Made by a program: the position numbers and the translations under genes
The notes under the pieces: model-generated
What the model was told of the DNA's origin: nothing
Database searches by the model: none
What the model saw: only the letters and a program-made list of their open reading frames with translations
Origin: Tubiluchus corallicola
Taxonomy: Eukaryota; Animalia; Priapulida
DNA: 64,000 bases
Assembly (NCBI GenBank): GCA_030141605.1
Contig: JAQGDQ010000130.1
Location: 453,974 to 517,973, forward strand
Reading direction: 5' to 3'
In this document: positions 49,241 through 62,580 of the stretch, one piece after another
Numbering within the stretch: the first letter of the stretch is position 1
Layout of the letters: every line of letters starts with the position of its first letter

Positions 49241-50379
49241 TGAAGCGGCTGCCAAGTTTGAAGGATTGCCAAAAAACTTCAAATTTAAAGGAGGGTTTAC
49301 ATTGACACGAATGTTTCAAATATAAAATTCAACTCCATGGCTGATAGCATCGCTTACTGATGACGTTATATATCCACAAATGCGCAATTTCTTCACGTCT
49401 CAATAGCAGCATTACGCACGACTACGCAGCAGGTATCTGGCAATAAGTACCTCACTTTCTTTCTTGGGGTATGTGAAAGCTATCATCAGTGCATTAAATA
49501 TTGACTCGGTACACACGTTAGAGCTCTGTATTATTCACCTTAATGAAGTTTCTCTGCTTGCTGGCATTCGTTGAGGAATTATGGCGTTTTCCGGGCCTAT
49601 TGGACTGGATGGGAACTACAAATAGAGTGGGCTGAACAGTAAATGGCTGTCATCTGTATGTGAAGTTGAAGCCCAGTGCTATATAGGCCTATCCATAACT
49701 TGTCGCAATATTTAAACCTATTAAACCTGTTACGCTTTAAGTAAGGCCATTTGCTGAAAAAATGGACAACTAGTTGCACATTAGTTATTATAATTTTAAT
49801 GCTAAAATTATTATTAACGATGATGCAAAGCGACATTTAATTTGGGTATGTAATATTATTTGTACGTCTTAACCTTTTTAAGTGGTGCACTTTTCGTGAC
49901 GTCAGCACGAAGCCAGCTAAACGTACACGTGTGTTTGGCGGGAGGCAGTAATTCATTAAGCGCAAGCTGCAAATTCTTAAAATACGCTGTCTGCAGGGTC
50001 TAGCTGATTTTAAGATAATTGCACGTGCAGTAATGTCCTTAAAACCAACTTGATAATTTAACTCAACTCCTGGCGACTGATCACAGCCTTGTAGGAAATC
50101 AGTTAATAACATTCCCTCTGGTTCAGAAGAGCATGACATTTCTGGAAAGAGATCAATACCGGCCAGAGTTTATCAAGAGCAAATGGACAGCACATTTCTC
50201 GGCTCTGTTGTGGTCGTTCAGGTTGACCTGAAATGGACGAAGGCGAGTTGGTTTTGTCTGGGGGAAGAGTGGACCTCTTATGCTTGGTGGTGATCTGATA
50301 TGAGTTCCTTCGTTTAGAGTGATCTGTGTAATTAATAGCACTGTTGAATAGAATGGAATTGGATTACAATAGATTAGAA

Positions 50380-50500
50380 AAAAATAGACTGGAACAGAAC
50401 AAGACAGGACAAGACAGGACCGAACCGAACCGTACAGAACGGAAGGGGGCAGAACAGAGCAGAACAGGACAGAACATGACATACCAGGACAGGACAGAAT
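50380..50500. repeat. Degenerate pentamer repeat (ACAGG/ACAGA)n
   Basis: Direct reading. Confidence 0.75.
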
Positions 50501-52479
50501 ATATAAAACAAGATCATTTTTTCCTTGGACACGATAAAAAATCAAAAAAACATGGCAAGAGCACGTTAAAAGTAAAATGATAAAAATAGTTTGCAGAAAC
50601 TATTAAAATGTCGCGGATTTCTATACTGCACGTTACAGGCAAGTGCAATTTAAATAATACTGGCAAAAATTTAAAATCTGAAAGGTGTAGTAAGTCTATA
50701 TCTCAATAAATCTCTGACTAATATTTTAATTAGAAATTATTGCCATGCAAGTCAATTAAAATCTGTTTGCTCATCATTCTTGTGTCCATCCCATTTTTAT
50801 AAAGTAAATGTCTGATGCTATGATTAAACCATATATTGATCTCACCAGAATAAGAATAATAACGGAGTTATTAAGTAAGCCATTGGCTAGCAACTGTTAT
50901 TAACAGAGTTTACCAAATAAGCCAATGTATTCATTATCCCGTATATTGTAATAATATTTTGATCAATACAAATTACTGCTATTACTAATAAAGCGAAGCC
51001 AATATCACGATTTAATGTTGTGGAGGGACTGCAGTAAATCCTCCGTGTATCCAAATTGCCGTAGTTGTAGTTGCCCCTGCCATTGCTGTTGCCTCGCTCT
51101 ATTGGTAAAAACTCGCATTCAAATCACCAGGTCGATCAGAGTGCATTTATGTGAGACGTAAACTGTGTTGCATCGATTTACCTGCAGCTAATGAAGCCAA
51201 ACTGTACACGCCGTAAAATGTTGACTGCACCATAAATCAACCGTTATTTAACTGTACTGATTTTTCTCTTCGTTGCTACATAGAAAGGCTCCCAAACAAC
51301 ACTTTAGTATATACACACACGGAGACGGTTTAACCAGTTAGTTCATTTAGTCTGTTTACACAGATCATTTTCCATTGACTTGGTTTGCTGATATGGTACC
51401 AAAAACAACTTAATTACTAATGCTATAATAATAGGCCTGCACGTACAAGTTCTCTCAAACTTTGTTTTCCAGTTAGACAGTTCACCAAAGGAAAATGGAA
51501 TGAAACCAATTAAATTAAATTTCTAGCCATTCTATTACCGAGTAGATCATTAAGTGTTGGGATAAACGCATTTCGTTTTATATGTAATACTCTGCACAGT
51601 TCAGTAAGTTCAGTAATTTAACACGATGTTTAAGAATTAATGTGTTAGCCAGGCAATTCTTGGTTCAATAGCCTGAAAGCTGTAAAGTGGAATTATAAAA
51701 TTATTATTATATTCTGTCAACAGACAGTTTGCAGTGGGGGCGGTTTTACCATGAACCATTTACATCGACCTTAAAATTGAATCCAATAATATCGCAATCA
51801 GCTTACAGTAATTGGCACACCCAATGCAAACTGCCCACGCTGTCAATAGCAGAAGGGGAAATGCTATTAAAGTTGCATAGGTCACATCTATAATCAGGGA
51901 AATGGGGTGATATCAAGGCACATTAGAACAATTTGAAGTGGTAGACGTAAATGCGGCAGTAGAGTTAATCATAAATCTATACATTTTTATAGAGATACAC
52001 GAATATATTCTTAATTCCTTATTCTTATATCTATATTCCTTAATAATGGATGAAATGGAGAAGTAAAGTATGTCTTTGTAAACACTAATAATAATAGCCT
52101 AGTATGTAGCCTTTTATCGTTTCAATTTTATGTTGCATTTTGTGCTACACACATTGTTGGAAATTTGAAATATAGGAATACACTATATAAATGACGCTAT
52201 ATAAATGGTGACGCGGATACTTTGGTAGATATCCCCAAAAAGTAATCCGCTATAGTCCACAGAAAACTGACAAGGCGCAATTGAAAGTTTTTTTGTATAA
52301 ACATATTTGTTTAAATACAGAATTATCAGTAAAACGGCAAGCTGCTTAACTCAAGATTCTTCTGTATAAGTATTAAAAAATTAATACACACTCGAACCCA
52401 CTATAAAGACAGTTAAATAAGATACGCTTACAATTATAAAAAATCGTTATATACTTTTACAAATAAACACTGTAAGAAA

Positions 52480-53160
52480 TAAATGAAATAACTGATGTCA
52501 ATTTGACAGAATATATAAGAACAATAAATAGGTTAAAAACAAGTTGCAAAAATAATACGACTAGCCAGCCATAACTTAAACAAACAAGATTGTAACAATG
52601 ACATAGTTTAAGAGAAAGAAGACAATCCCACACAAGCTATTATAGTTAAATTTGTTTTTTTGAAGATGTAATATATACATTTGTGTTTCAAACATAAGCA
52701 GATAATTAACAGAGTCAGACAGATCATTATATTCACAGAGCTTACATTTTTCGCTAACAACTGAAAGTTGGTACACGGCAAGTAATTAACTTAGAACACT
52801 TGAATAAGTTAAGCTATTTGAATTTGGTAGGCTACTCTATTTGGAATAATTAACATCATAAGTTGCAATTATTGATGTTACATATAACTGCTTGTTGTGT
52901 TCAATAGAAAAATATTTCTTGCCTATTCAAATTGAGTCAATAAAGAACACAATACACTTGCGGTTTTATGAAGGAAAATATCATCAAGTACAAGTTATAA
53001 TTGCTCATCCTTGTTGTCAATACTCGGCGATGGCGCGGGAGAAAAATCCTCCCTGTTTGAAACCGCGCACTTGTGGAAAATACGCAGCGTTGTTGACATT
53101 GCCGTTAGATTTAATAAGGCAGATATTTTCGACAAGATGCTTCTGGGTGTCGTGCGAAGT
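52480..53160 (-). mobile_element. Degenerate L1/Tx1-like LINE fragments
   Basis: VNNAAYFPQVRGFKQGGFFS resembles the RT G.RQG.PLS motif; downstream CKLCE and VNYLL..TQMYI resemble the L1/Tx1 ORF2 C-terminus. Confidence 0.5.
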
Positions 53161-55315
53161 CTTTAAATGCGCAATTGAGTTCAAGTCAAACAAGGACATG
53201 AACTGTTAGAATAGGGGGATGATTGAGAAAGGACGGGCAGTCGGTTGAACAAACACGATTCTTACTTCAGTTGAAAGACTATATATATAAGTTCAGAAAG
53301 TAGCAAGTCCTGTTATTCACTGCTGTCACTGCACTCGCATCAATTTGCAGTAATTAGTAGCAGAATATGCCTACTATTGCAGCAACTGGCACCTATAGTG
53401 CCTTTCATTCCAGTTCTCTGGTAGCATATAACGAAATAGATTCTTTTTGTTGATTTTATAGAAAAAACGTAATATAATTGCTTTGTGCTAACATTGTTTT
53501 TGATTACGAACTAAAATCTAATAACAAAATAAAAAAATGCTATTTTGTCTCCTATGACTAGTTGTTTGAAAATTTGATGCACTAAAATTGTAACTACATT
53601 AAGGACCTTCTACTTTATAAAGTTTTTATAGTAAGTCTTTTCCATCCGAAACGAGAAGATGTGCGTTCAAATGGCTCCATGCGCCCCCCCCCCAATTTCT
53701 TTCTCAACCTTCCCTCATTTCACGTTCCCTTTCCCTTTGTCCCATTATAGATAGTTTAGTTTATGTTTATTTAAAAATTATAAACTTTTTTTTTGTTACT
53801 ATATACTTTTATTTTATTGTAAAATTGCAATGTACTTTTAATGAACATGGACTAAATCAAGCTATTCAAGTTGAGAATATGGAGAATGCATTTGTGGTGT
53901 TAGAAAGCTTTTTTGAATAGCCAAACAGACTACACCAAGTTCTCTGATGACCTCTTTTGTGGTTTCTCGTCTTTTTGCTTTTGCGTATCATTCAATAGTG
54001 CATGATTAATTTTTTCAGCGAATTTTAATGAGAATTCGTTGGAAACAATCAATTTAACCAAAATACCAAAATATTTCTAATATCATTTGCCGTATGGTAA
54101 CGCATTTAGAGAATTATTCGTTAAGTAAGCAAAGTAGTAACAGTAACTGACTATCATCTGACTTACTAAGATGTATATTTGTAGCTCTAAAAATGATTGT
54201 TGAGTTCGACAGATTTTTTCCAGCTAGTTCAACATCTCTTGTGTATGGATGGTAACGTCTTTTTAGATAATCATTGAACGACATTCACACTTGATACACT
54301 GACCTGTTCTTATTGGCTGTTTCCCTTCCATTTTCATTGTTCATGTTTGACTGGCCAGTTTGTGTATCAATAGACTAACTACCTTACCGAGTGATTGACA
54401 AACCCACAGACCAGTGATAAGTGAGGATTATGTGGCTTGTTTTAATTGTCCTGTTTACCTGAACGTGGTTGTTTGATTAAACTCTCAACCACTAAGTTGA
54501 AAAAATTAATTTCGAAGTTACGTTTCAGCCACAGCGAGGAGACAACTTTTTACGTCTCTATTTTGTCTGATCACTGGGTTTACTTATTGGTAAGTGCTCT
54601 TTCTCCTTGTTGACCATCAGTAAAGCGAAATAGAAAGCAATAAAGAAAATTACTCGTTTCTGTCGAGTGGTCGTTATTCGTCAAAACGAACAAGACCTTT
54701 CTTTAACATTTTCGGTTTGTTCAAGTAGTTTAATCAAAGTCTTTGAGCAATAAGAGCAAAAACTCTTCCATTTTGCTCTCTCCAATCCCTTTTGGCCATA
54801 AAACTGGCTTTTCATTCTTAAAGTCGGTGCCAATTTGTCCAAATGACGTTTGGCTCTGTTTATGAAGGATTATTTTGCTTGCAATCTACCCATTATTCTA
54901 CAGAATTTGATCACCTATTTATATGGTAGAAGCCAAAGACGATTATGCTAATGTTTGAAGGTTTTCTGACTGTGACAGTGCTTTGCCATTTTATTTTTGA
55001 TGATGAATAATACAAATCTTAATCTTTGAATTGCAAGATTTTATTTTTGTGGAAGGCAGAGCACATTGGTTTAGTTGCTGCCAGTTTTTATTTTTCCTAA
55101 TTAGCTGTTGTCGCTTTAATCTTCTATAATTGCCGTCATTGTCAATCTGTTAGTTTACTTATTGAAGAAAAAGACATAGGCCCATTTGGTATCATTTTTA
55201 CAATAAGAACTTTTGCTGAATGTGTAAAATACTGCAAATGAGACTTTTGTTGTATGGATGTTAAAAGGATGTTTTTGTAGTTAACGGTTTCTTAATTTAG
55301 CTTTAAGGCGCGCGG

Positions 55316-55420
55316 GCAGACGGACGGACAGACAGACAGACAGATAGACAGACAGACAGACAGACAGACAGGCGGACAGGCAGGCGGACAGGCAGGCAGG
55401 CAGGCAGGCAGGCAGATAGA
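55316..55420. repeat. (GACA)n/(GGCA)n microsatellite
   Basis: Direct reading. Confidence 0.9.
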
Positions 55421-57499
55421 TATGTAGCCACATAGATACATACATAGCTACAAAGGTTTATTTTCATGCAAAAGTGCAGTTTAAAGCTGGTTTTTTGTTT
55501 TTTTTATAATCAGTTGGGCGCACTGCTAGTTGTAATTTAGCACTCACGGGCAGAGCCAACTTAGTTCAAATGATGAGGCAGGACTGAAATCTAGCTCATT
55601 ATCAAGGATATGCCTCTAAGGTGAGGTACTGTCTCAGCCACGTTTAGATGAGTATCCATTCCTCGACGAGATTAGTTTCCACGGCAGTATGGACACCCCG
55701 CAGAACAAGTTTTGAACACGACAGTCATACATCCGTTCGTTGACCATGCTGAGTGTCATTTAACTGTGGTCGCGCAGTAAACAACCGGCTTCTCGCCTCT
55801 TTTCTATTGCACTTTTTAACAAAGTAAATTATGAAAAAATTATTAATATTGTTTCACATGGAAAACAAGTCAAATTTTACTATTCCTTACGCGTTGTCAC
55901 ATCAATAGAGCACAAGCTCCTCTTCGTTTATCAGCACCATTAACACCGTATTCATCATTCTTTCTATAATTTCGGCAACAGTTTAAGCTGCTTATCGAAT
56001 ACACTCAGAGTTATCCGTCTCTTGCAGACATTCTGTGCAAAGCGATTGTCATTAAAACAGCCAAGACCACTTCCATCTTGCCATAATGGATTCCTTGAGG
56101 TTGATATATGAGACTTACTCTGGCTAATTGAGCCAGCGGTCGATTTAAATTCACTATTTCTGTTGGTTAAGGGTTTAAAATGAAAGTTATGGCTAATCTG
56201 TTTTTTTGTCTGGCACGAAAGTTTATGAATAACTGAACTGCAACAATTTTTGTATAGAGATTTTTTGGCTGGGTTGTTTTCGTTTAGAGCATGGTTCTCC
56301 CAGAGCAAAAACATGTAACTTGCTGGTCTGCCGTTTCGTAAGCATATTTATTGCTAAATAGCTCAAGGCTCAGTAAAAATAATAGTATAATGAAGAATGT
56401 TATATTATCGAAAAATATTCAGTTTAGACACAAACAATAGATTAGCTGAAGTGCTGATACATTATTAACTTGACGTTGTGTCTCATCAAACGTCAAGTTT
56501 GCTCATCACTATGAATTTGTAGAAAGTTCACACTCACCCTAAATCTAGTTTAATTTACAGCCAAACATGAAAAGATAAAGAATGAACTTAGCCTATGGTT
56601 TTCAGTCTTTGTCGCCGTTAACTGTCTGTTAGGCGCACGTTATCATCACAGCAATTCTCTTCGCGTTTAAAAAACCCAAAACCCAAAATGTACTGTAGAA
56701 AAAATAGTTTTAGCAAATATAAAATAACAAAAACATAATAAAAGTATAATGGTAATAAAATACTTTTGTACTGTTTAATTAATAATAAAACTATTTACTA
56801 AAACTAAAAGGGTTTTTTAAATCTGTAGAATGAAATCTTTTATAAAGAAATTAACAAAAAATCGTTAAAACAAAGACGTTGTCAGTAAGAGGTATTTACA
56901 TTTTTTACCCTGCTTACATTTATGCTTTATACAACTAGGCAATAAATGAGAAGAACTGTTATGGCTTGGTGCTACTGAGCGTTAGAGTTAACTCCTTTTG
57001 CTGTTGTCTTTTACTGCTTAAACGTCAAATAATCTCTTCTTTAGCACCATAACCTATTTCTAGTTGATGTAGGACCTATTTGCAACAGGAGAGTTATTCA
57101 CTTGCAGGCTCAATTTGGAACCGCCTATTGTTTAAGTATTTAGGAATGTATCTAATGTATAGGCATGAACAAATCGCAGTATTTCAGAGTAGGTAAAAGG
57201 CAGTCTACTTTTTTCTTATTGTCCTGTTATTTTAATCAATTATAACCGAGGTTAGTTTTTTACATCATACGTGTATAGTGTATAGTAACTGATGATGGCA
57301 ATGGTTCACTCAGTGGGCAGTAATGAAATACTCTTGAACTTTTGCCAGCGCTCTATTAGTCAACAAAAGTTAATCACCTATTAATTTGTAATGAACTATT
57401 GACGTTAACTAGCATTATTGATTGTTAACGTATGGATGAATTCTCCAAACTTGGAGAGGGCAGCTTGAGAGCTCGATCTGGGCAAGCGAGAGAAGTAAA

Positions 57500-58760
57500 A
57501 GTGTGGTGACTCCTGTGTGACAAAAGAGAAATGGAAGCACTGTGCGTGGAATGTATGGCAAAAAGATCAAGAGTAAAGCACGGAGTTTCATGTGCGGTGA
57601 AGAGTAAATCATTGAGTGTCATCTGTGGTAAAGAGTAAGGCACGAAAGCACGGAGTGTCATATGTTGTAAAGAGCGAATAACGGAATGTTATGCGTGGTA
57701 AAAATTAAATCATGGAGTGTCATGTATAGTAAAGAGTAAACCATGGAGTGTCATGTGTAGTAAAGATTAAATCATGGAGTGTCATGTGTGGTATTGAGTA
57801 AAGCACGGAATGTCATGTGTAGTAAAGATTAAATCATGGAGTGTCATGTGTGGTAACGAGTAAATCATGGAGTGTCATGTGTGGTAAGGAGTAAACCATG
57901 GAGTGTCATGTGTAGTAAAGATTAAATCATGGAGTGTCATGTGTGGTATTGAGTAAAGCACGGAATGTCATGTGCTGTAAAGATTAAATCATGGAATGTC
58001 ATGTGTAGTAACGATTAAATCATGGAGTGTCGTGTGTGGTAAGAAGTAAACCATGGAGTGTCATGTGTAGTAAAGATTAAATCATGGAGTGTCATGTGTA
58101 GTAAAGATTAAATCATGGAGTGTCATGTGTAGTAAAGATTAAATCACGGAGTGTCATGTGTAGTAACGATTAAATCATGGAGTGTCGTGTGTGGTAAGGA
58201 GTAAACCATGGAGTGTCATGTGTAGTAAAGATTAAATCATGGAGTGTCATGTGTGGTATTGAGTAAAGCACGGAATGTCATGTGCTGTAAAGATTAAATC
58301 ATGGAATGTCATGTGTAGTAACGATTAAATCATGGAGTGTCGTGTGTGGTAAGAAGTAAACCATGGAGTGTCATGTGTAGTAAAGATTAAATCACGGAGT
58401 GTCATGTGTAGTAAAGATTAAATCATGGAGTGTCATGTGTAGTAAAGATTAAATCACGGAGTGTCATGTGTAGTAACGATTAAATCATGGAGTGTCGTGT
58501 GTAGTAAAGATTAAATCATGGAGTGTCATGTGTGGTATTGAGTAAAGCACGGAATGTCATGTGTTGTAAAGATTAAATCATGGAATGTCATGTATGGTAA
58601 AGAGTAAATAACGGAGTGTCATGTGCGGGAAAGAGTAAAACGCGGAATGTTATCGTGGTAAAGAGAAAAGCACAGAGTGTCATGTGTGGAAAAGAGTAAA
58701 GCTATGATGTGTCGTCCTGTACATGTGCGAGAAATAAGTATGGTGTGTCATGCGTAGCAA
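57500..58760. repeat. 31-bp tandem satellite, ~35-40 copies, with a 310-bp higher-order period
   Basis: Unit CATGGAGTGTCATGTGTAGTAAAGATTAAAT; homogeneous core, degenerate edges. Confidence 0.95.
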
Positions 58761-59293
58761 GAAAATAAAAATGTGATATCTCATGTCTGACGAGAGAGAA
58801 ATAAAAACATGGTTTGTCTTGTGTACTAAAAAGAGAATTATTAGTATGGTGCGCCGTCTGAGATAACAAAATATACTGTCAGATCTATTTGCTGTACCTG
58901 AAGGATCTGTACCTGTCATTACGATAGTGTTATTTTCTGCATTATTTTCGCCTCTTTATTATCTAACTCCATGGAAGCGACAGCGACTAGGTCCTCCTGT
59001 GATTGTCGCGACAGTCTGACGTAGCTCAATTGATGCCCAATTAAAAATTAATGAAGTAGTGTGATTAATCTACCAGCGATTGTTACGCTTCGTCTAACTC
59101 TTTCATCATGCTTCGTTTAACTCTTTCATTAAGAGAAAGTAATTGACTGTCCTGTTTACACTATTGACTATTGACGAAAAATACTGGCATATCTTGTTGC
59201 TTTCCTTCTTAAGTTGAAGTCTGAAAATAAATGACTCAGGGAAGCATGAAACAGATGAGCGAAAAAATATAATAATTTTTCCATTTTTAAAAT

Positions 59294-60374
59294 CAGTGGT
59301 GTGGCTAGAGCTTGAGGCGCCCGTCGCGGCACTTAAGTTTCCCGGTAAATATAGGTAAGTGAATGTAAGTAAATATATTTTACATACATTTACCTATGTA
59401 ATATTCGTTGTATTCTATTGTAGTAGTCATATATCTTAAAAGCAAGTTCGTAATACATTGCAATGCGGATGACCCATTACTTAAGCTTAATTTATTTAGT
59501 GGCAAGATTATCTATCCAGCAAAATGTGGATAGTCAAACATAAAACTGATTTGAGGCCATCCACTGTTCATACAAAATTTAATATGTTTGCGTGCGTGCT
59601 AATTTTCCGCACTGGACACAGCTAAATGCAATTTTACTGCATTATAGACCATTTTGCGGTTGCTAGAAGCTATTTCCTCAGGCAAGTTCACCTCAAACTC
59701 GTGACATAATTTCACTACTACTATGAAAGCGCTTGGGCCCACCCCCTAAATGCAGAAGTGCAGTTACAGTTAGCTAAAAACTGTCTAGACAACGGAAATC
59801 GATAAGAGAATCGACACTATGTAAGTGATATACATAAAGAGGACTTCACTATGCAAATCAGCTGGATGCTCGGGAATTGCGTAAACAAGCAAGGGGTTGG
59901 TGTGTTTCTTGGTATGCTGCTAAAAAACTTTATTTAGCCCTAAAAGTTTCTTAGAAATTCTGTGGACGCACGTGCGTTAGTGCGTCTGCCTGCCGGCGCC
60001 CATGGATGTACGGAAAAATGTAAAAGTTTATGCAACTAACACAAATGTGAAGCTATGTTAGTGTTATTAACGCAGTATGTCATTTACGAAATAAACAAAC
60101 TAGAATTCCGTAAAACAGTAAAACATTAAAAGCACTGTTTGCTATTTGCAAGGGAGGAAATAATTTCACATACGTAAATACCACAAAGCTATTGGTACGT
60201 TATCATCTTTCTTTGCCGGAAACTTTCGGCAGTAGGGGGCATAAGCCGTGATTTTCTTGGGCAAGAAAATTAGGTCAGGTATTTGTCTTTCTACTTTTCC
60301 GACAGAATCAACTTTTTCAGCGCACTCGCAAAAGTGCCGCCGCTGCGCCCCGCATCCTCTTAACTACGCCACTG
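59294..60374. mobile_element. Non-autonomous hAT-like element, ~1.08 kb
   Basis: TIRs CAGTGGTGTGGCTA / TAACTACGCCACTG; GC-rich subterminal inverted motifs (GCGGCACTT / AAGTGCCGC); flanks TTTAAAAT / CTTACAAT (6/8 match). Confidence 0.7.
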
Positions 60375-61159
60375 CTTACAATAGTTTTTTTATCAACTAC
60401 AGTTTCGAAATTTGAAATCGTGTAATTTTACATACAGTTTTGACAACACAAAACACAGGTACTGAAGCAATTTCACTGCATGTAGGTATAGCAGTTCTTA
60501 CGTTATGTTACTATATTCATAATTTTCTCGTTTGTCTTTTTTTATTTGTATGTTTATGTTATTTCACACAAGTGACTTGTTTTTTGTTCAGATAATTTTT
60601 AAAAATACAACTGATTACAGTTGCTCTTAGGAGGGCCTTGTCGTGGCCTTTAGGAACTAAATATCACCAGTAAATTCTAGAACTTCTTACCTCGCAAAAC
60701 ATTTATTGCAGGTTTGTAGACGTTTTTACAGTGCATGTTTTGTTTAAATCCAGGCCAACAGAAATTTTTTTCAGCTTGAGAGAAACGTGATGAGGGGAAA
60801 TGTAAAACAGTCATGACATAGCCTGTATTTGAGCAAGGGCATGTGAATACTAAATGTGATACTAAAATTTTATCTAGTTTTGTTAGGGAGTGTTTTGATT
60901 TGAACTAATTTATTACCTATTTATAAATTCTGATTAGTGCCGTTCTATTGTTACATGGTCCATTAATAGATCTATGATAATTAATTCAAAGTACGCAAAA
61001 GTTCAGCATTTAGATCGTTTTCACTTCACATCTCATCCCTGGACACGAATGTGGATTAATTTAATGATTTTTAATATGAATGCGTTTTAGTTATAACATG
61101 TTTGATTTAATGATTTTGTTGTGAGGCTTTTTAAATGTGTAATTTTAAATGGCTAATAA

Positions 61160-61161
<2 letters not shown>

Positions 61162-61215
<54 letters not shown>
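61162..61215. repeat. (AAT)n microsatellite
   Basis: Direct reading. Confidence 0.95.
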
Positions 61216-61219
<4 letters not shown>

Positions 61220-61827
61220 TTATAACAAAAGATAATAATAGAGGAATTAGGCCTAGTAACTAATTAGATCAATTTTATTTAATTAGAATTTAAGCTAATT
61301 AATTTACAGATCGCAATAATTTATTTACGTTGTGAGTTAATAAATAAATAAAATCAGTAAAGTATTATGGCGTCACTTTATCATTTGAAAGGTGTTGTCA
61401 AAATTTCAGTTTGGAGTCTTTGTACAACCCCACCCTGAGTTTCAGCCCACACTGTTTTAGGTCCTCTCTTTCCATCATTGGAAGGAAATGGAAGAATCTT
61501 GGATGTTCATCGTTAGAAAACGGTGGCTTAACCTGCGCCAGTTTCCATTTCCGGATCCGCCTTCCCCGCTCATAGTGACAAGAAAGGAAGCTCATTGACA
61601 AACAGTAAGACGAATGATGCTACAGGGACTGCAGGGATGCGGGGAGCAGCTGCACTCTGAGATCTCATCAGTCTCCTTTCCATTTCTAATTGTAGCTGTG
61701 ATGAGAAATGAGACGTTCTGGTGAAACTCTTTTCATGGTTAAGCCACGTCTTCCTCTACCTGCCCTGCTGCTGATGAAATCATAAATTAATCACAAAAGT
61801 ATGGTTCTTATCCGCAAACGCTACCGT

Positions 61828-61958
<131 letters not shown>

Positions 61959-61994
61959 GATCATCAAAGATCATCATTATTATCATCATCAAGA

Positions 61995-62580
61995 GGGTTT
62001 GAGTCAAGAAGCTTACAGGGCAGATACCTTAGCTAATGCCTTGAAAGTGGTGAAAAAAAATGGAAAACAGTGACCTCGGTCACAGGGTCAAGGACACTGG
62101 ATATCGGTCAGTTTTTTTATTGCCACTCAACTGTTCCCAGGGTTTTGAGTTAAAATCATTTTTTCATGTATGTATTTTTGGGGTAATTTTTATGTGATGT
62201 TTTATGTGGGATAGATGTGTGCATGTTCCTGGACTTTTAAAAAGTTGTGTTCTTTAAGGGCCCGAGATAGGAGCCAAATGCGTAACACAGAATAGCTCTA
62301 AACTTCTGTAAGTATAGAATTACGAAATTTACAGAGTGGACAGCTGGGCAGGGGCTCAGGCATTGGTAAATTAAAAAAAGCTGGTTGTTTAAGGACCTGA
62401 GATAGGAGCCAAAATGTGAAAATTAGGGCACTCAGCTACAATTCACATTAACTCGTAAATGCAGAGGGCTAGACTCACGAAACACACAGGGTAGACACCA
62501 GGGCTAACGGCCTAGCAAGCGGCCTGAACGCTGACCTCTGTAAGGGGTCAAGGACACTGAACATCAAGTGTAAACACGTT
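61995..62580. repeat. Interspersed repeat with internal duplicated motifs
   Basis: GGGTCAAGGACACTG twice (~62085, ~62545) and GAGATAGGAGCCAAA twice (~62264, ~62399). Confidence 0.45.

Noticed and set aside
55964-56314. 116-aa minus-strand ORF
   Set aside because: No recognisable motif or supporting splice structure; compatible with a chance ORF.
57500-58760. 31-bp array as a CRISPR array
   Set aside because: Monomers are contiguous with no unique spacers, there are no cas genes, and the context is eukaryotic.
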